Assembly (NCBI GenBank): GCA_035289485.1
Contig: DATDXA010000013.1
Span: 1 to 26,144, forward strand
DNA: 26,144 nt
Direction: 5' to 3'
Source of the DNA: an archaeon
GTDB lineage: Archaea > Iainarchaeota > Iainarchaeia > Iainarchaeales > Iainarchaeaceae
Under the pieces are notes generated by a model. It made no database searches, was not told the DNA's origin, and saw nothing but the letters and a program-made list of their open reading frames with translations. Below, piece after piece: positions 1 to 8,399 of this stretch (within the stretch, counting starts at the first letter, position 1; each line of letters opens with the position of its first letter). The position numbers were made by a program, and so were the translations under genes.

Positions 1-116
1 GCTCCCGCGCCCTCGCGCGCAACCCTTAGAAGCTGCCCGGCATTCACGCCGAGTATTCCGGAAGCAAGCCGCGTGGGGTTCTTTAGCCGCACACCGCAAA
101 ATTCCGTTTCAAGCAT
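1..116 (-). CDS. pyrD: Dihydroorotate dehydrogenase, N-terminal part (truncated by window edge)
   Basis: Not in the ORF track. Manual translation from ATG at 116 gives MLETEFCGVRLKNPTRLASGILGVNAGQLLRVAREGAG, matching the family 1 PyrD N-terminus (LKNP..LASG). Lies downstream of pyrB-pyrI; SD-like GGAGTGAT upstream. Confidence 0.9.
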   Translation of the reverse strand, partial: MLETEFCGVRLKNPTRLASGILGVNAGQLLRVAREGAG

Positions 117-117
117 C

Positions 118-243
118 TCAATCACTCCCGAGCATGCTCCCCCTAAAGGGCCCTCGTGAGAGGGTCGGGAGGGAGCACCCCATCTTCGCCTTGTGGCTCG
201 ATGGGCTTGGCATTTCAATGTGGAGTGTCATTGTCAATCACTC
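118..243. repeat. Hairpin-rich 106-bp spacer (128-233) bracketed by a 10-bp direct repeat TCAATCACTC; contains a 37-codon mini-ORF (231->118, minus strand)
   Basis: TCAATCACTC occurs at 118-127 and 234-243. Stems: TGCTCC(135-140)/GGAGCA(172-177) enclosing CCC-TAAA-GGG and CCCTC-GTGA-GAGGG; CCCATC/GATGGG enclosing GCC-TTGT-GGC. Confidence 0.6.
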
Positions 244-689
244 TTTATCGATGAGATTATGTCCTGCTCGCCCATCCTTGTCTCGCAGTAGCGGCACTTG
301 GCCTCAAGAGGGCCTGTTTTAATGGAAAATTTCGTCGGGATTTTCTCCGCGTTAGTTATGCACTTTGGATTGATGCACTTCATTATGCCCTCGACGCTTT
401 TTGGGTACTCGAGCTGGGATTTATTTTTTATTTCAGAGTTCCTTATTGTGTTTATCGTCGCTCCCTTTCCTATAAGAGCAATCTTGCTCATCTCGCTCTC
501 AGTGAGTTCCTTGCCTTCGATAAAAATAATGTCTTTTTTGCCCATCTTCCTGCTCTCAACATTCATCCCCGCTGTCACGGCATACTCGTTGAGGCGGAGC
601 ACTTCAAGTATTTTGTATGCGGCTCCCGGCTGGAGATGGTCAATTGCGGTTCCGCTTCTTATCGGGTTAATCCTGATTTCCTTTTTCAC
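234..689 (-). CDS. pyrI: Aspartate carbamoyltransferase regulatory subunit
   Basis: I..GTAIDHL, GMNVES.KMGKKDII, Zn ligands CINPKC...CRYC; GTG start overlaps the pyrB stop (GTGA). Confidence 0.96.
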   Translation of the reverse strand: MKKEIRINPIRSGTAIDHLQPGAAYKILEVLRLNEYAVTAGMNVESRKMGKKDIIFIEGKELTESEMSKIALIGKGATINTIRNSEIKNKSQLEYPKSVEGIMKCINPKCITNAEKIPTKFSIKTGPLEAKCRYCETRMGEQDIISSIKSD

Positions 690-1654
690 TTCCTCACATC
701 CTTCATCATTGAAAGCAGGGCCTCGCGCACAGGAATCCCGTTTGCCGCCTGCTCGAAATAGAGCGCTGCTCCTGTCGCGTCAATTTCGGGCGCTATTTCA
801 TTCACGCGCGGGAGCGGGTGCATTATTTTCATTCCTTTTTTTGCCTTCGCAACAATCGCGTTATCAATTATGTAAGCGTTCTTCACCTTCTGGTATTCGA
901 TTTCGTCAGGGAATCTCTCCTTTTGTATTCTTGTAACATACAAAACATCCACTTCACTTAGGTACTTTTCGATTTGTTGTGTCTCGTAAATCCTGAGCTT
1001 TGATTTGTTATCGTCAATTATGTGCTTTGGCATTTTCAGGCTATCCGGGGAAATGAGATAGGCCGTTACGCCGTTGAATTTTGCAAGCGCGTACATGAGG
1101 CTGTGCACGGTCCGCCCGTACTTGAGATCCCCTAAAAGTGCGATTTTTATCCCGTCGATTTTTCCGAACTGCTTTTTTATTGTATAAAGGTCCAGAAGTG
1201 TCTGCGTCGGGTGCTGGTTTGCCCCATCGCCAGCGTTGATGACCGGCTTTTTGGAAATCTCGGCGGCCCTTCTCGCCGCGCCTTCCAGAAAATGCCTCAT
1301 CACTATGATATCTGCGTAATTTTCAACAATATGAATTGTGTCGCTTAGGGTTTCGCCCTTGCTTGTGCTGCTAACTCCCGCATCAGCAAACCCGACAACT
1401 CTTGCGCCAAGGTTCTGCGCCGCTGTCTCAAAGCTGAGCCTTGTGCGTGTGGATGGCTCGAAAAAAAGAGATGCAACAACCCTATTTCTGAGGATTTGCG
1501 CCTTTTTTTCGCGCGGCATTTTTTCCATACTTTCGGCCTGTTTTAGGACCACTTCTATATGGCCGCGAGAAAAATCGAGTATTGAAACAACGTCAGGCAG
1601 GAATTTTTCAGAATCAGTTTTTTGCCGTTTTTTTGAGTCCAAATAACCCTTCAT
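686..1654 (-). CDS. pyrB: Aspartate carbamoyltransferase catalytic subunit
   Basis: FFEPSTRTRLSFE, KGETLSDT, NAGDGANQHPTQ, RIQKER, MHPLPR. Start placed at ATG 1654 (ORF track extends to TTG 1711); the start is uncertain. Confidence 0.97.
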   Translation of the reverse strand: MKGYLDSKKRQKTDSEKFLPDVVSILDFSRGHIEVVLKQAESMEKMPREKKAQILRNRVVASLFFEPSTRTRLSFETAAQNLGARVVGFADAGVSSTSKGETLSDTIHIVENYADIIVMRHFLEGAARRAAEISKKPVINAGDGANQHPTQTLLDLYTIKKQFGKIDGIKIALLGDLKYGRTVHSLMYALAKFNGVTAYLISPDSLKMPKHIIDDNKSKLRIYETQQIEKYLSEVDVLYVTRIQKERFPDEIEYQKVKNAYIIDNAIVAKAKKGMKIMHPLPRVNEIAPEIDATGAALYFEQAANGIPVREALLSMMKDVRK

Positions 1655-1791
1655 ATTATCGGTATTGAAAGAATAAAAACCCTTCTTTTCGCGTCTCCTT
1701 TCCACGCCCAATAAGCCCTTTAAATGCCTAAAATCCCGCCAAAAACCCCAAAGAAACCTTTAAATTCCACAACGGGGCATTAACCTATTGA

Positions 1792-2745
1792 ATGGCAATA
1801 GATTACAACAAGATTCTTGGCAATACTTTCACTCTCTGGTATAAGGACCGCGAGACCCTGAAGTACCTGCTCGTATATTTCCTTGTAACTCTTGCTTTCA
1901 CACTTCTGTTTCTGGGCGCGCTCGCGTTTTTCTTCGGCGGCGCAGTCACAACTTACTTAAGCCTTGCAAATAACATGCAGGGCGGCGCTCTTGTTGTAAA
2001 TGAGGCCGATTCTGGCGTAATCACCTCTCTTATAGCAACCCTTGTTTCAAACATCATCCCGTTCATACTTATCATTGTCCCGCTATTTTTAATTTTCATA
2101 ATAGCCGCATCATACATACAAACGCTCCTCTACTGCAGGAGCCTTCAGGTTCTCGGGTTCAAAACCGCGCCATTTGATTTAATGAAACTCCTGCGCCTTT
2201 TCGTTCTTGAGATATGGGTTTCTGTTGCATCAATGATTTCATGGTACAATAAGAAATTCTTCATGGCATTCCTTGGCCTTATAGTGCTCTTTTTTGTTGC
2301 CGCTATTGCAACAATCATTTTAGGTCCAATTGGCGCCATTTTATTCATACTCTGGCTGCTGGTTTTCCTCGTTTATTTCTTAGTGGTGATTTACAACTCT
2401 TTGCGGCTCATGTTTTCAAGCCTCATATTTCTGGAAAAGGATCAGGGCATTGCGCAAACCACAAGGGATGCATGGGCATTTAGCGAAGGCAAGGTAGTTG
2501 ACATTCTCACTTCCTGGCTTGTTGTCATTATTGTTGTGGTAATTGCAAGTTTCGTGCTTTTCATACCAAGTTCCATAATACAGTTCGCGCTCGGATTTGC
2601 AAACCCGCTTCTTGGCATCGCGTTCAGCCAGCTTTATTCGATGATTATTTCGCCAATCCTCATGGCCTTCTCCGTTTACGGAATTGTGAGCATATACGCA
2701 GAGCTTTCAAAAACTGCGGCTCCCAAAGCCAAGGGCAGGGCGTAA
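1792..2745 (+). CDS. Polytopic membrane protein of unknown function
   Basis: About 6-7 hydrophobic segments and an EKDQGIAQTTRDAW motif of the 'E..G...A...SW' type; TATA-like CCTTTAAATT about 30 nt upstream. Confidence 0.8.
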   Translation: MAIDYNKILGNTFTLWYKDRETLKYLLVYFLVTLAFTLLFLGALAFFFGGAVTTYLSLANNMQGGALVVNEADSGVITSLIATLVSNIIPFILIIVPLFLIFIIAASYIQTLLYCRSLQVLGFKTAPFDLMKLLRLFVLEIWVSVASMISWYNKKFFMAFLGLIVLFFVAAIATIILGPIGAILFILWLLVFLVYFLVVIYNSLRLMFSSLIFLEKDQGIAQTTRDAWAFSEGKVVDILTSWLVVIIVVVIASFVLFIPSSIIQFALGFANPLLGIAFSQLYSMIISPILMAFSVYGIVSIYAELSKTAAPKAKGRA

Positions 2746-2832
2746 AATCGCCGCCATCGCCTGAAAACACCCTCTATTTTTCAATTCCCATTTCCCTGTC
2801 TGCTTTTTATATTTTCCCAATCCAACCTGTTT

Positions 2833-3456
2833 ATGCGCCACGAAGTTGTGAAAAAATACGTCGACAAGTACTCTCTTGGAGTGGTCGAAATCGAGAACTC
2901 CCTTGAATCCTACAACACATTTTTCCGCAATATGGGCTTTAAGGAAACCATCGAGCAGCTAGTTGAAAAGCGCCTTGAGGACCGTGTTTTCGTTCGCGTC
3001 CTTGACATCGGATGCGGGAACGGCGGCTTTCTTGCCGATTTGAAAAAGATTTTCACTGAAAACATCCACACAATCGGAATGGATCTGCTCGCGCCAGAAA
3101 AGCATCCGGACCAGGTGATTTTGGGGGACGCTCTTGAAGCGCAGTTCCCGATTGATGTTGATTTTGTTTTCTCGTTCCGCTCGCTGCACGAAATCGGAGA
3201 GCCTGAAAAAATGGTCGAGAAAATCCACAATTCACTCACAAAGGGTGGAAGGGCATTCCTATCATTTAGAACACTTGACCTTTACATGGACGGAAAGGGA
3301 ATCGGTGAAATCGGCGCGAAAGAAACCAAGGCATTGCAGAAAATGGTGCGCACAAGAAAGCTTGCCTCATTCAAAGTTGAGGGTTTTGAAGTTTCGGTAA
3401 ATGATGAGAAGGGCGCAAAGCACACTGCCGGCGTCAATATTTTTTTGGAGAAGTAG
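2833..3456 (+). CDS. Class I SAM-dependent methyltransferase
   Basis: Motif I VLDIGCGNG, acidic end of beta2 (IGMDL), DFVFS, LTKGG. Confidence 0.88.
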   Translation: MRHEVVKKYVDKYSLGVVEIENSLESYNTFFRNMGFKETIEQLVEKRLEDRVFVRVLDIGCGNGGFLADLKKIFTENIHTIGMDLLAPEKHPDQVILGDALEAQFPIDVDFVFSFRSLHEIGEPEKMVEKIHNSLTKGGRAFLSFRTLDLYMDGKGIGEIGAKETKALQKMVRTRKLASFKVEGFEVSVNDEKGAKHTAGVNIFLEK

Positions 3457-4045
3457 TTTGCCATGCCTTTCGAAATATTCGCAGTGATGGCGCTATCAAT
3501 TTTTTTGCTAGTGCCGGATTCTCTATTTTTGTCACTACACCTTTGTCAGAAATTGAAATCGTTCGTTTACCAACGCGCACTGCGGGTTTTCCCTTTGAAA
3601 TTACAATGCCCCTTCTGTGTGTATTTGCAGAAATCTTGTTCATGACGCTGCTATCTGTTGATTTCAATGCCAAATCGGCATGGCTCAGCTTCATGAGCTC
3701 TTCTGCCGTGATTCTTTCCCATCCGACATGCCCTAATTCAGTCCTTGTGAACATTGGCACAATAATTCCTTCATTAACCAGCCCAAGAATTGACTTGCCA
3801 TTAATTGGCCTTTCAACTATATCCCCATCCATAAGCGGCCTTGGGTCCCTTGAAGCGTCCATCCTTGTGACCCCTGGGACGATTTTTTTCTTGGATAAAA
3901 TGTCAAATACAACCATGTCCCACACTCCGCCTATTCCTATTCTGCTTCGCTGTGATGACACCGCTCTTTTAACTGCCGTCCGCATTTCCCGTAGTAAAGG
4001 TCTGCGTCTTGTGCCCCCCGGCCTTTGTGCAATTCCAACTGGCAT
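3434..4045 (-). CDS. Hypothetical basic protein
   Basis: 203-aa ORF with ATG start filling the gap between the methyltransferase and prs; Arg-rich N-terminus; 23-bp convergent overlap with the methyltransferase. Confidence 0.7.
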   Translation of the reverse strand: MPVGIAQRPGGTRRRPLLREMRTAVKRAVSSQRSRIGIGGVWDMVVFDILSKKKIVPGVTRMDASRDPRPLMDGDIVERPINGKSILGLVNEGIIVPMFTRTELGHVGWERITAEELMKLSHADLALKSTDSSVMNKISANTHRRGIVISKGKPAVRVGKRTISISDKGVVTKIENPALAKKLIAPSLRIFRKAWQTTSPKKY

Positions 4046-4100
4046 AATAAAATTACCCTTTTGTACTATTTAAGCCTTTAATTTGCGCAAATTTCCTGCC

Positions 4101-4985
4101 TCATTCCCCCTTCAATTCCTTTGCAATCATTCCAGAAAGGTCAATCCCGTTGCTCTTGTGCTCAATTGTGTTGCAGCTGACAATTGTTTTCACTCCGGCC
4201 TTTTTTATTTTTTCGAAAGCGCCTGATGCGAAAACCGGGTGTACGCAGATGCAGTGCACCGCCTTTGGCTTTCGCTTGCGTATTTCCTTTGTCGCCTCTA
4301 CCATGGTGTGCCCAGCGCTCACGATGTCATCTACAATTATCACTTCTTTCCCCTTCCAGTTCAGTTCGCGTGTCACGCTAACTTTCACATGATGCGAACT
4401 GAACCTCTCTTTTGTAAAAATCGCGGATTCGAAGCCGATTGAATCCGCAATCGTTTTCGCCCACTGGCTGCTCTCCATATCAGGCCCGGCAATCACCGCG
4501 GTGCGCGCGGAAAATTTCTTTTTTATAAAATTGGCAATTTCATTGTTTGCGGAAAGCTTTTTGCGCTCTATGTGAAAGAGCTCCGCCAAATCATGCACGC
4601 GGTGCAAGTGAGGGTCAATTGTAATAACCTTGTCAATGCTCTGATTCAGTAGGTGCGCAGCGATTCTGTTCGAGACGCACTCCCCCGCATGAAACCTCTT
4701 GTCCTGGCGCATGTATGCCATGTACGGGACAACCCCAATCACTTTGTGAGCGCCAAGATCGTGCGCAGTGCGCCCGGCAAAAACTAGCTGGAGCAGGGCA
4801 TCATTTGGATTTGGCTGCATGGACTGCACAAGCACAACGTCCGCTCCGCGCACATCATCTAAAAACTGCATGTGGAATTCGCCGTCGGGAAAGCGCGTGG
4901 TCTTAAGCTCTCCCACTTTCGCCCCGCACTTTTTGGCTATTGCAGCGCCAAGCTTTTTTCCGCTTTCCATTGGAAATACAATCAT
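4101..4985 (-). CDS. prs: Ribose-phosphate pyrophosphokinase
   Basis: FPDGE, PYMAYMRQDK, IDPHLH and the PRPP-binding loop VIIVDDIVSAGHT. Confidence 0.95.
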   Translation of the reverse strand: MIVFPMESGKKLGAAIAKKCGAKVGELKTTRFPDGEFHMQFLDDVRGADVVLVQSMQPNPNDALLQLVFAGRTAHDLGAHKVIGVVPYMAYMRQDKRFHAGECVSNRIAAHLLNQSIDKVITIDPHLHRVHDLAELFHIERKKLSANNEIANFIKKKFSARTAVIAGPDMESSQWAKTIADSIGFESAIFTKERFSSHHVKVSVTRELNWKGKEVIIVDDIVSAGHTMVEATKEIRKRKPKAVHCICVHPVFASGAFEKIKKAGVKTIVSCNTIEHKSNGIDLSGMIAKELKGE

Positions 4986-5032
4986 TGCAGAATAAGGAAA
5001 AGGTAGAATAAATTAGTATCTCCAGTGGGGCA

Positions 5033-5323
5033 TCATATTTTTTTCAGGTATTTTTCCATGTCCTTGTAGTCCCTTTTCCTTTCAAGCAGGCACGCGATTA
5101 TTATGTTGGGCTCCAAAACGACGTAAATGAGCCTCGTTTCCCTGCCTTGTATGCTCAGCCTTACCCTGAACACTTTCCTGAATCGTTGCGAGTGTATTTT
5201 CTTGAAGTGAAACGGGTTTTCTTCAATCAGCTTTATTTTTTCCCAAATAATCTTCTTGGATTTATCGTCCATGCTATTTAGTTGTTCCACCATCACAGGC
5301 GAGAGTTTTACTGCAAAAGTCAT
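5033..5323 (-). CDS. RelE/ParE-family toxin
   Basis: 96 aa, basic; KIKLIEENP, FRVRL...RLIY, ERKRDY pattern; ATGA overlap with the upstream antitoxin. Confidence 0.8.
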   Translation of the reverse strand: MTFAVKLSPVMVEQLNSMDDKSKKIIWEKIKLIEENPFHFKKIHSQRFRKVFRVRLSIQGRETRLIYVVLEPNIIIACLLERKRDYKDMEKYLKKI

Positions 5324-5574
5324 TCAAATTCCTTAAAGTAGTCTTTTGCATCAATTAGCTTTCCGCTTTTGACGCTCTTTTCAATTATCCTGTCAATAAG
5401 GCGTATTTCCTCCCCTGAAAAGGATTCGTCAAAATCACTCTTCTCGAAAATTTTTTCGCGCAAAGAGTCGGCTGCGAGTTCTTGCACGTTCCTGTACCCG
5501 TAGCTATCGGCAAAAGACTCGGCCGCGGTGTAAAGCCTATTGGAAAGTTTAAGGTTAACTTGTTTGGTTCCCAT
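5320..5574 (-). CDS. Ribbon-helix-helix antitoxin
   Basis: 84 aa; N-terminal beta-strand KQVNLKL followed by GYRNVQELAADSLR helices; acidic C-terminal half; coupled to the RelE-like gene. Confidence 0.78.
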   Translation of the reverse strand: MGTKQVNLKLSNRLYTAAESFADSYGYRNVQELAADSLREKIFEKSDFDESFSGEEIRLIDRIIEKSVKSGKLIDAKDYFKEFE

Positions 5575-5591
5575 AGCTATCTATAGGAACC
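5566..5591. promoter_or_regulatory. Palindromic operator over the antitoxin start codon
   Basis: GGTTCCCATAG-CTAT-CTATAGGAACC (10 of 11 positions in the arms match), downstream of a minus-strand TTAAATA box at about 5598-5604. Confidence 0.65.
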
Positions 5592-5831
5592 CGCCTTTAT
5601 TTAAGCTTATCTCCTTTTTTGTGAATTTCAAATTACTTTTTTGTCTTTCAAATCCTTCAAAGAATAAATAAGCTGCACAACTGGCTCAACTAAATATTTT
5701 CCCAAGTGCCAAAAACGCCCTTTAAATTGCTTCTGGAGTGTTTAGGCGGGAGAATGGTTTATATTCCTTTTATGGGGCTGTATACTTAAGAGTTAGGCGT
5801 TTATTTGCGCTTTTTAAGAAGGGGTGTTTGA

Positions 5832-6968
5832 ATGAAGAACATAGTTACCAAAGCCATAAAGCTGGCAAAAGAGGAGGCCGCAAGGCCCAAGGGCTCAGCG
5901 CAGCCTTCTGGCAAGAGAAAAATCGGCCAGAACGACGAGGAGCTTGCAACACTGCTTGAAGCAAGCAAGGCAAAGATTAGGGTTGTTGGATGCGGCGGAG
6001 GCGGCTGCAATACAATAAACCGGATGACAGAAGTTGGAATACTCGGGGCAGAAACCGTTGCAATCAACACGGACGCCCAGGACCTTTTGAAGGTCAAGGC
6101 AGACAAAAAACTGCTTATAGGAAAAAAACTCACAAGAGGGCTTGGAGCGGGTTCGGACCCATCAGTTGGAGAGGCTTCAGCGCAGGAATCCATGGACGAT
6201 TTATCAGAGCTTATCGGCGACTCCGATTTGGTTTTCATCACCTGCGGAATGGGCGGCGGAACCGGAACCGGTTCGGCCCCGATTGTTGCCGAAATAGTCA
6301 AGCAAAAGAAGGCGCTAACAATTGGCGTTGTCACTTTGCCCTTCAGCGTTGAGGGAAAGAAAAGGATAGAGAATGCAATGCACGGGCTTGCAAACCTACG
6401 CAAGAACGCAGACACTGTAATAGTGATTCCAAATGACAAAATTTTGGAAATCGCTCCCGACCTGCCGATAAATGCGGCATTCAAGGTCGCGGACGAAGTT
6501 CTCACAAACGCAGTTAAAGGAATTACTGAAATGATAACAAAGCCAGGGCTAATCAATCTTGACTTTGCAGACCTTCGCACAATACTTGAAAGAGGCGGCG
6601 CTGCAATGATAGGGCTTGGCGAGAGCACATCGCAGGGCGCGAATTCGGATTCAAGGGCGCTTGAGGCTGTTGAGAACGCGCTCACATCGCCGCTTCTCGA
6701 TGTAGATATCTCGAATGCGGGAAGGGCCCTCATAAATGTCACGGGCGGCTCTGATATGACGCTGCGTGAAGCCGAGATGATTGTCGAAGCTGTCGCTGCA
6801 AAAATTAGTTCGAATGCGCACATCATATGGGGCGCCATGATTGATGACTCCGTGCCTAAAAATCAGATTCAGGCAATGGTTGTCATCGCGGGCGGAAGGT
6901 TCCCATACCTTGATGATGACGGCAAGCCAACAGGGCCAATAGATCTTGGAATACAGTTCGCGGACTGA
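5832..6968 (+). CDS. ftsZ: Cell division protein FtsZ (FtsZ1-type gene context)
   Basis: VVGCGGGGCN, AINTD, tubulin signature GGGTGTG, INLDFAD; followed by secE-spt5-rpl11. Confidence 0.98.
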   Translation: MKNIVTKAIKLAKEEAARPKGSAQPSGKRKIGQNDEELATLLEASKAKIRVVGCGGGGCNTINRMTEVGILGAETVAINTDAQDLLKVKADKKLLIGKKLTRGLGAGSDPSVGEASAQESMDDLSELIGDSDLVFITCGMGGGTGTGSAPIVAEIVKQKKALTIGVVTLPFSVEGKKRIENAMHGLANLRKNADTVIVIPNDKILEIAPDLPINAAFKVADEVLTNAVKGITEMITKPGLINLDFADLRTILERGGAAMIGLGESTSQGANSDSRALEAVENALTSPLLDVDISNAGRALINVTGGSDMTLREAEMIVEAVAAKISSNAHIIWGAMIDDSVPKNQIQAMVVIAGGRFPYLDDDGKPTGPIDLGIQFAD

Positions 6969-7000
6969 ATTCCACTTTGAGTATTATTGCAACGAAAGAG

Positions 7001-7037
7001 GGGGGGGTGCTAGCCGCATCCCTTTATATGTTTTTTT
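7001..7037 (+). terminator. Hairpin plus T-run after ftsZ (overlaps the probable secE TATA box)
   Basis: GGGGTGC-TAGCC-GCATCCC followed by TTTATATG and T7. Confidence 0.4.
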
Positions 7038-7055
7038 CTATTCATAGGTCTTGTT

Positions 7056-7235
7056 ATGTTCGGTTTCGACTGGGGAGAATTTGTGCAGTCAAGCACGAGA
7101 ATATTCAATGTCTCACGAAAGCCAAACTGGACAGAATACAAGGTAATTGCGAAAGTCACGGGCATTGGAATAATTCTAATCGGCGTAATAGGGTTTACTG
7201 TGAAGCTTTTGATGGAAGGGTTCCTGAGGCTTTAG
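7056..7235 (+). CDS. secE: Protein translocase subunit SecE / Sec61 gamma
   Basis: 59 aa, below the ORF-track cutoff. Manual translation: MFGFDWGEFVQSSTRIFNVSRKPNWTEYKVIAKVTGIGIILIGVIGFTVKLLMEGFLRL; RKP..EY...AKVTG.G..LIG.IGF motif; canonical position between ftsZ and spt5. Confidence 0.95.
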   Translation: MFGFDWGEFVQSSTRIFNVSRKPNWTEYKVIAKVTGIGIILIGVIGFTVKLLMEGFLRL

Positions 7236-7328
7236 TTACCTTTTTAAAACATTTTCAATTGAGTTTAATCAGATTTGACTCATTCTAGGCGTCAATTCTC
7301 ATAATAATGCATTTTTGAGTGATTTAAG

Positions 7329-7769
7329 ATGATTTTTACGGTAAGAACTACTGTTGGGCAGGAAAGCCTAGTTGTCGACATACTTTCAAGCAAGATTAGA
7401 AAGGAGGAACTGAACATCTACTCGATTTCAGTGATTCCTGGCCTTAAGGGCTATATCCTGATTGAAGGAGACAACGAGGTTACAATCCGCAGAGGCCTTG
7501 CAAACACATCCCATGTAAAGGGAAGGGGAATTGTGGGCGGAGAAGTGAAAGTTGAGGAGCTCTCAGGGCTACTTGAAGCAAAGCCTCTTATGAAGAGCAT
7601 AAAAGAGGGCATGAAAGTTGAAATTATTGCAGGTCCTTTCAAGGGAGAGAGGGCAAAAGTTATGAGAGTAAATGACACCAAAGAAGAGGTTACAGTTGAG
7701 CTGCAGGAAGCGGCAGTCAAGATTCCAGTTACCCTGTCTGCAGAGCAGATAAGGATTGTAAACGAATAG
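7329..7769 (+). CDS. spt5: Transcription elongation factor Spt5 (NusG homolog)
   Basis: VRTTVGQE, LKGYILIE (NGN domain); KOW motif VEIIAGPFKGERAKV. Confidence 0.97.
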   Translation: MIFTVRTTVGQESLVVDILSSKIRKEELNIYSISVIPGLKGYILIEGDNEVTIRRGLANTSHVKGRGIVGGEVKVEELSGLLEAKPLMKSIKEGMKVEIIAGPFKGERAKVMRVNDTKEEVTVELQEAAVKIPVTLSAEQIRIVNE

Positions 7770-7780
7770 GTGGTTTGAAA

Positions 7781-8272
7781 ATGGCAGAAATCAGCGCACT
7801 TGTGGAAGGCGGAAAGGCAACAGCCGGAGCGCCGCTTGGGCCGGCACTTGGGCCACTTGGAGTGAACATAGGCAAAATAGTTGCCGAAATAAACGAGAAG
7901 ACTAAGGCATACGCCGGGATGAAGGTTCCTGTTACAATTGAAGTTGACAAATCCAAAAACATCAATATTACCGTGGGTTCGCCCCCAATGAGCGCTCTTA
8001 TTGTAAAGGAAATAAAGGCCGCAAAGGGCGGCGCAAACCAGAAAACCGACACAGTGGGAAATCTCACAATGGAGCAGGTAAAAAAGCTCGCGGAAATGAA
8101 GCTTGAATCTCTTGCATCAACTAACCTCTACTCCGCAGCGCGCGAAGTTGTGGGCACATGCAATTCAATGGCAGTTACAGTTGAAGGCAAGCGCGGAAAG
8201 GAGATGCAAAAAGAAATAGAGGAAGGCAAATGGGATTCTTTTTTCGGCACGGAGAAGAAGGCAAAGAAATAA
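7781..8272 (+). CDS. rpl11: 50S ribosomal protein L11 (uL11)
   Basis: VEGGKATAGAPLGPALGPLGVN, GMKVPV, GTCNSMAVTVEG; SD AGGTGG before ATG 7781. Confidence 0.97.
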   Translation: MAEISALVEGGKATAGAPLGPALGPLGVNIGKIVAEINEKTKAYAGMKVPVTIEVDKSKNINITVGSPPMSALIVKEIKAAKGGANQKTDTVGNLTMEQVKKLAEMKLESLASTNLYSAAREVVGTCNSMAVTVEGKRGKEMQKEIEEGKWDSFFGTEKKAKK

Positions 8273-8399
8273 ATCACGCTTTTTTCTAATCTTTTCTAGG
8301 GTAATCAAATCTGTCTTTTTCAGTAAACTCGCTTAATTTTCCTTTATAGACTCCAAAATAGCTTTTCTTGCGCTTCTTTTTCTCCATTCAAACTTGCCT

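Noticed and set aside
6454..6462. CTCCCGACC inside ftsZ as a third copy of the palindromic core
   Set aside because: Lacks the downstream GG-CCC...GGG arms and encodes conserved FtsZ residues.
5801..6838. Long antisense ORFs (345 aa opposite ftsZ; likewise 298-936, 10435-11289, 15783-16580 and others)
   Set aside because: Mirror frames of well-supported genes, with no recognisable motifs.
6977..7288. 103-aa ORF between ftsZ and spt5
   Set aside because: Shadow frame; the real gene is the 59-aa secE at 7056-7235.
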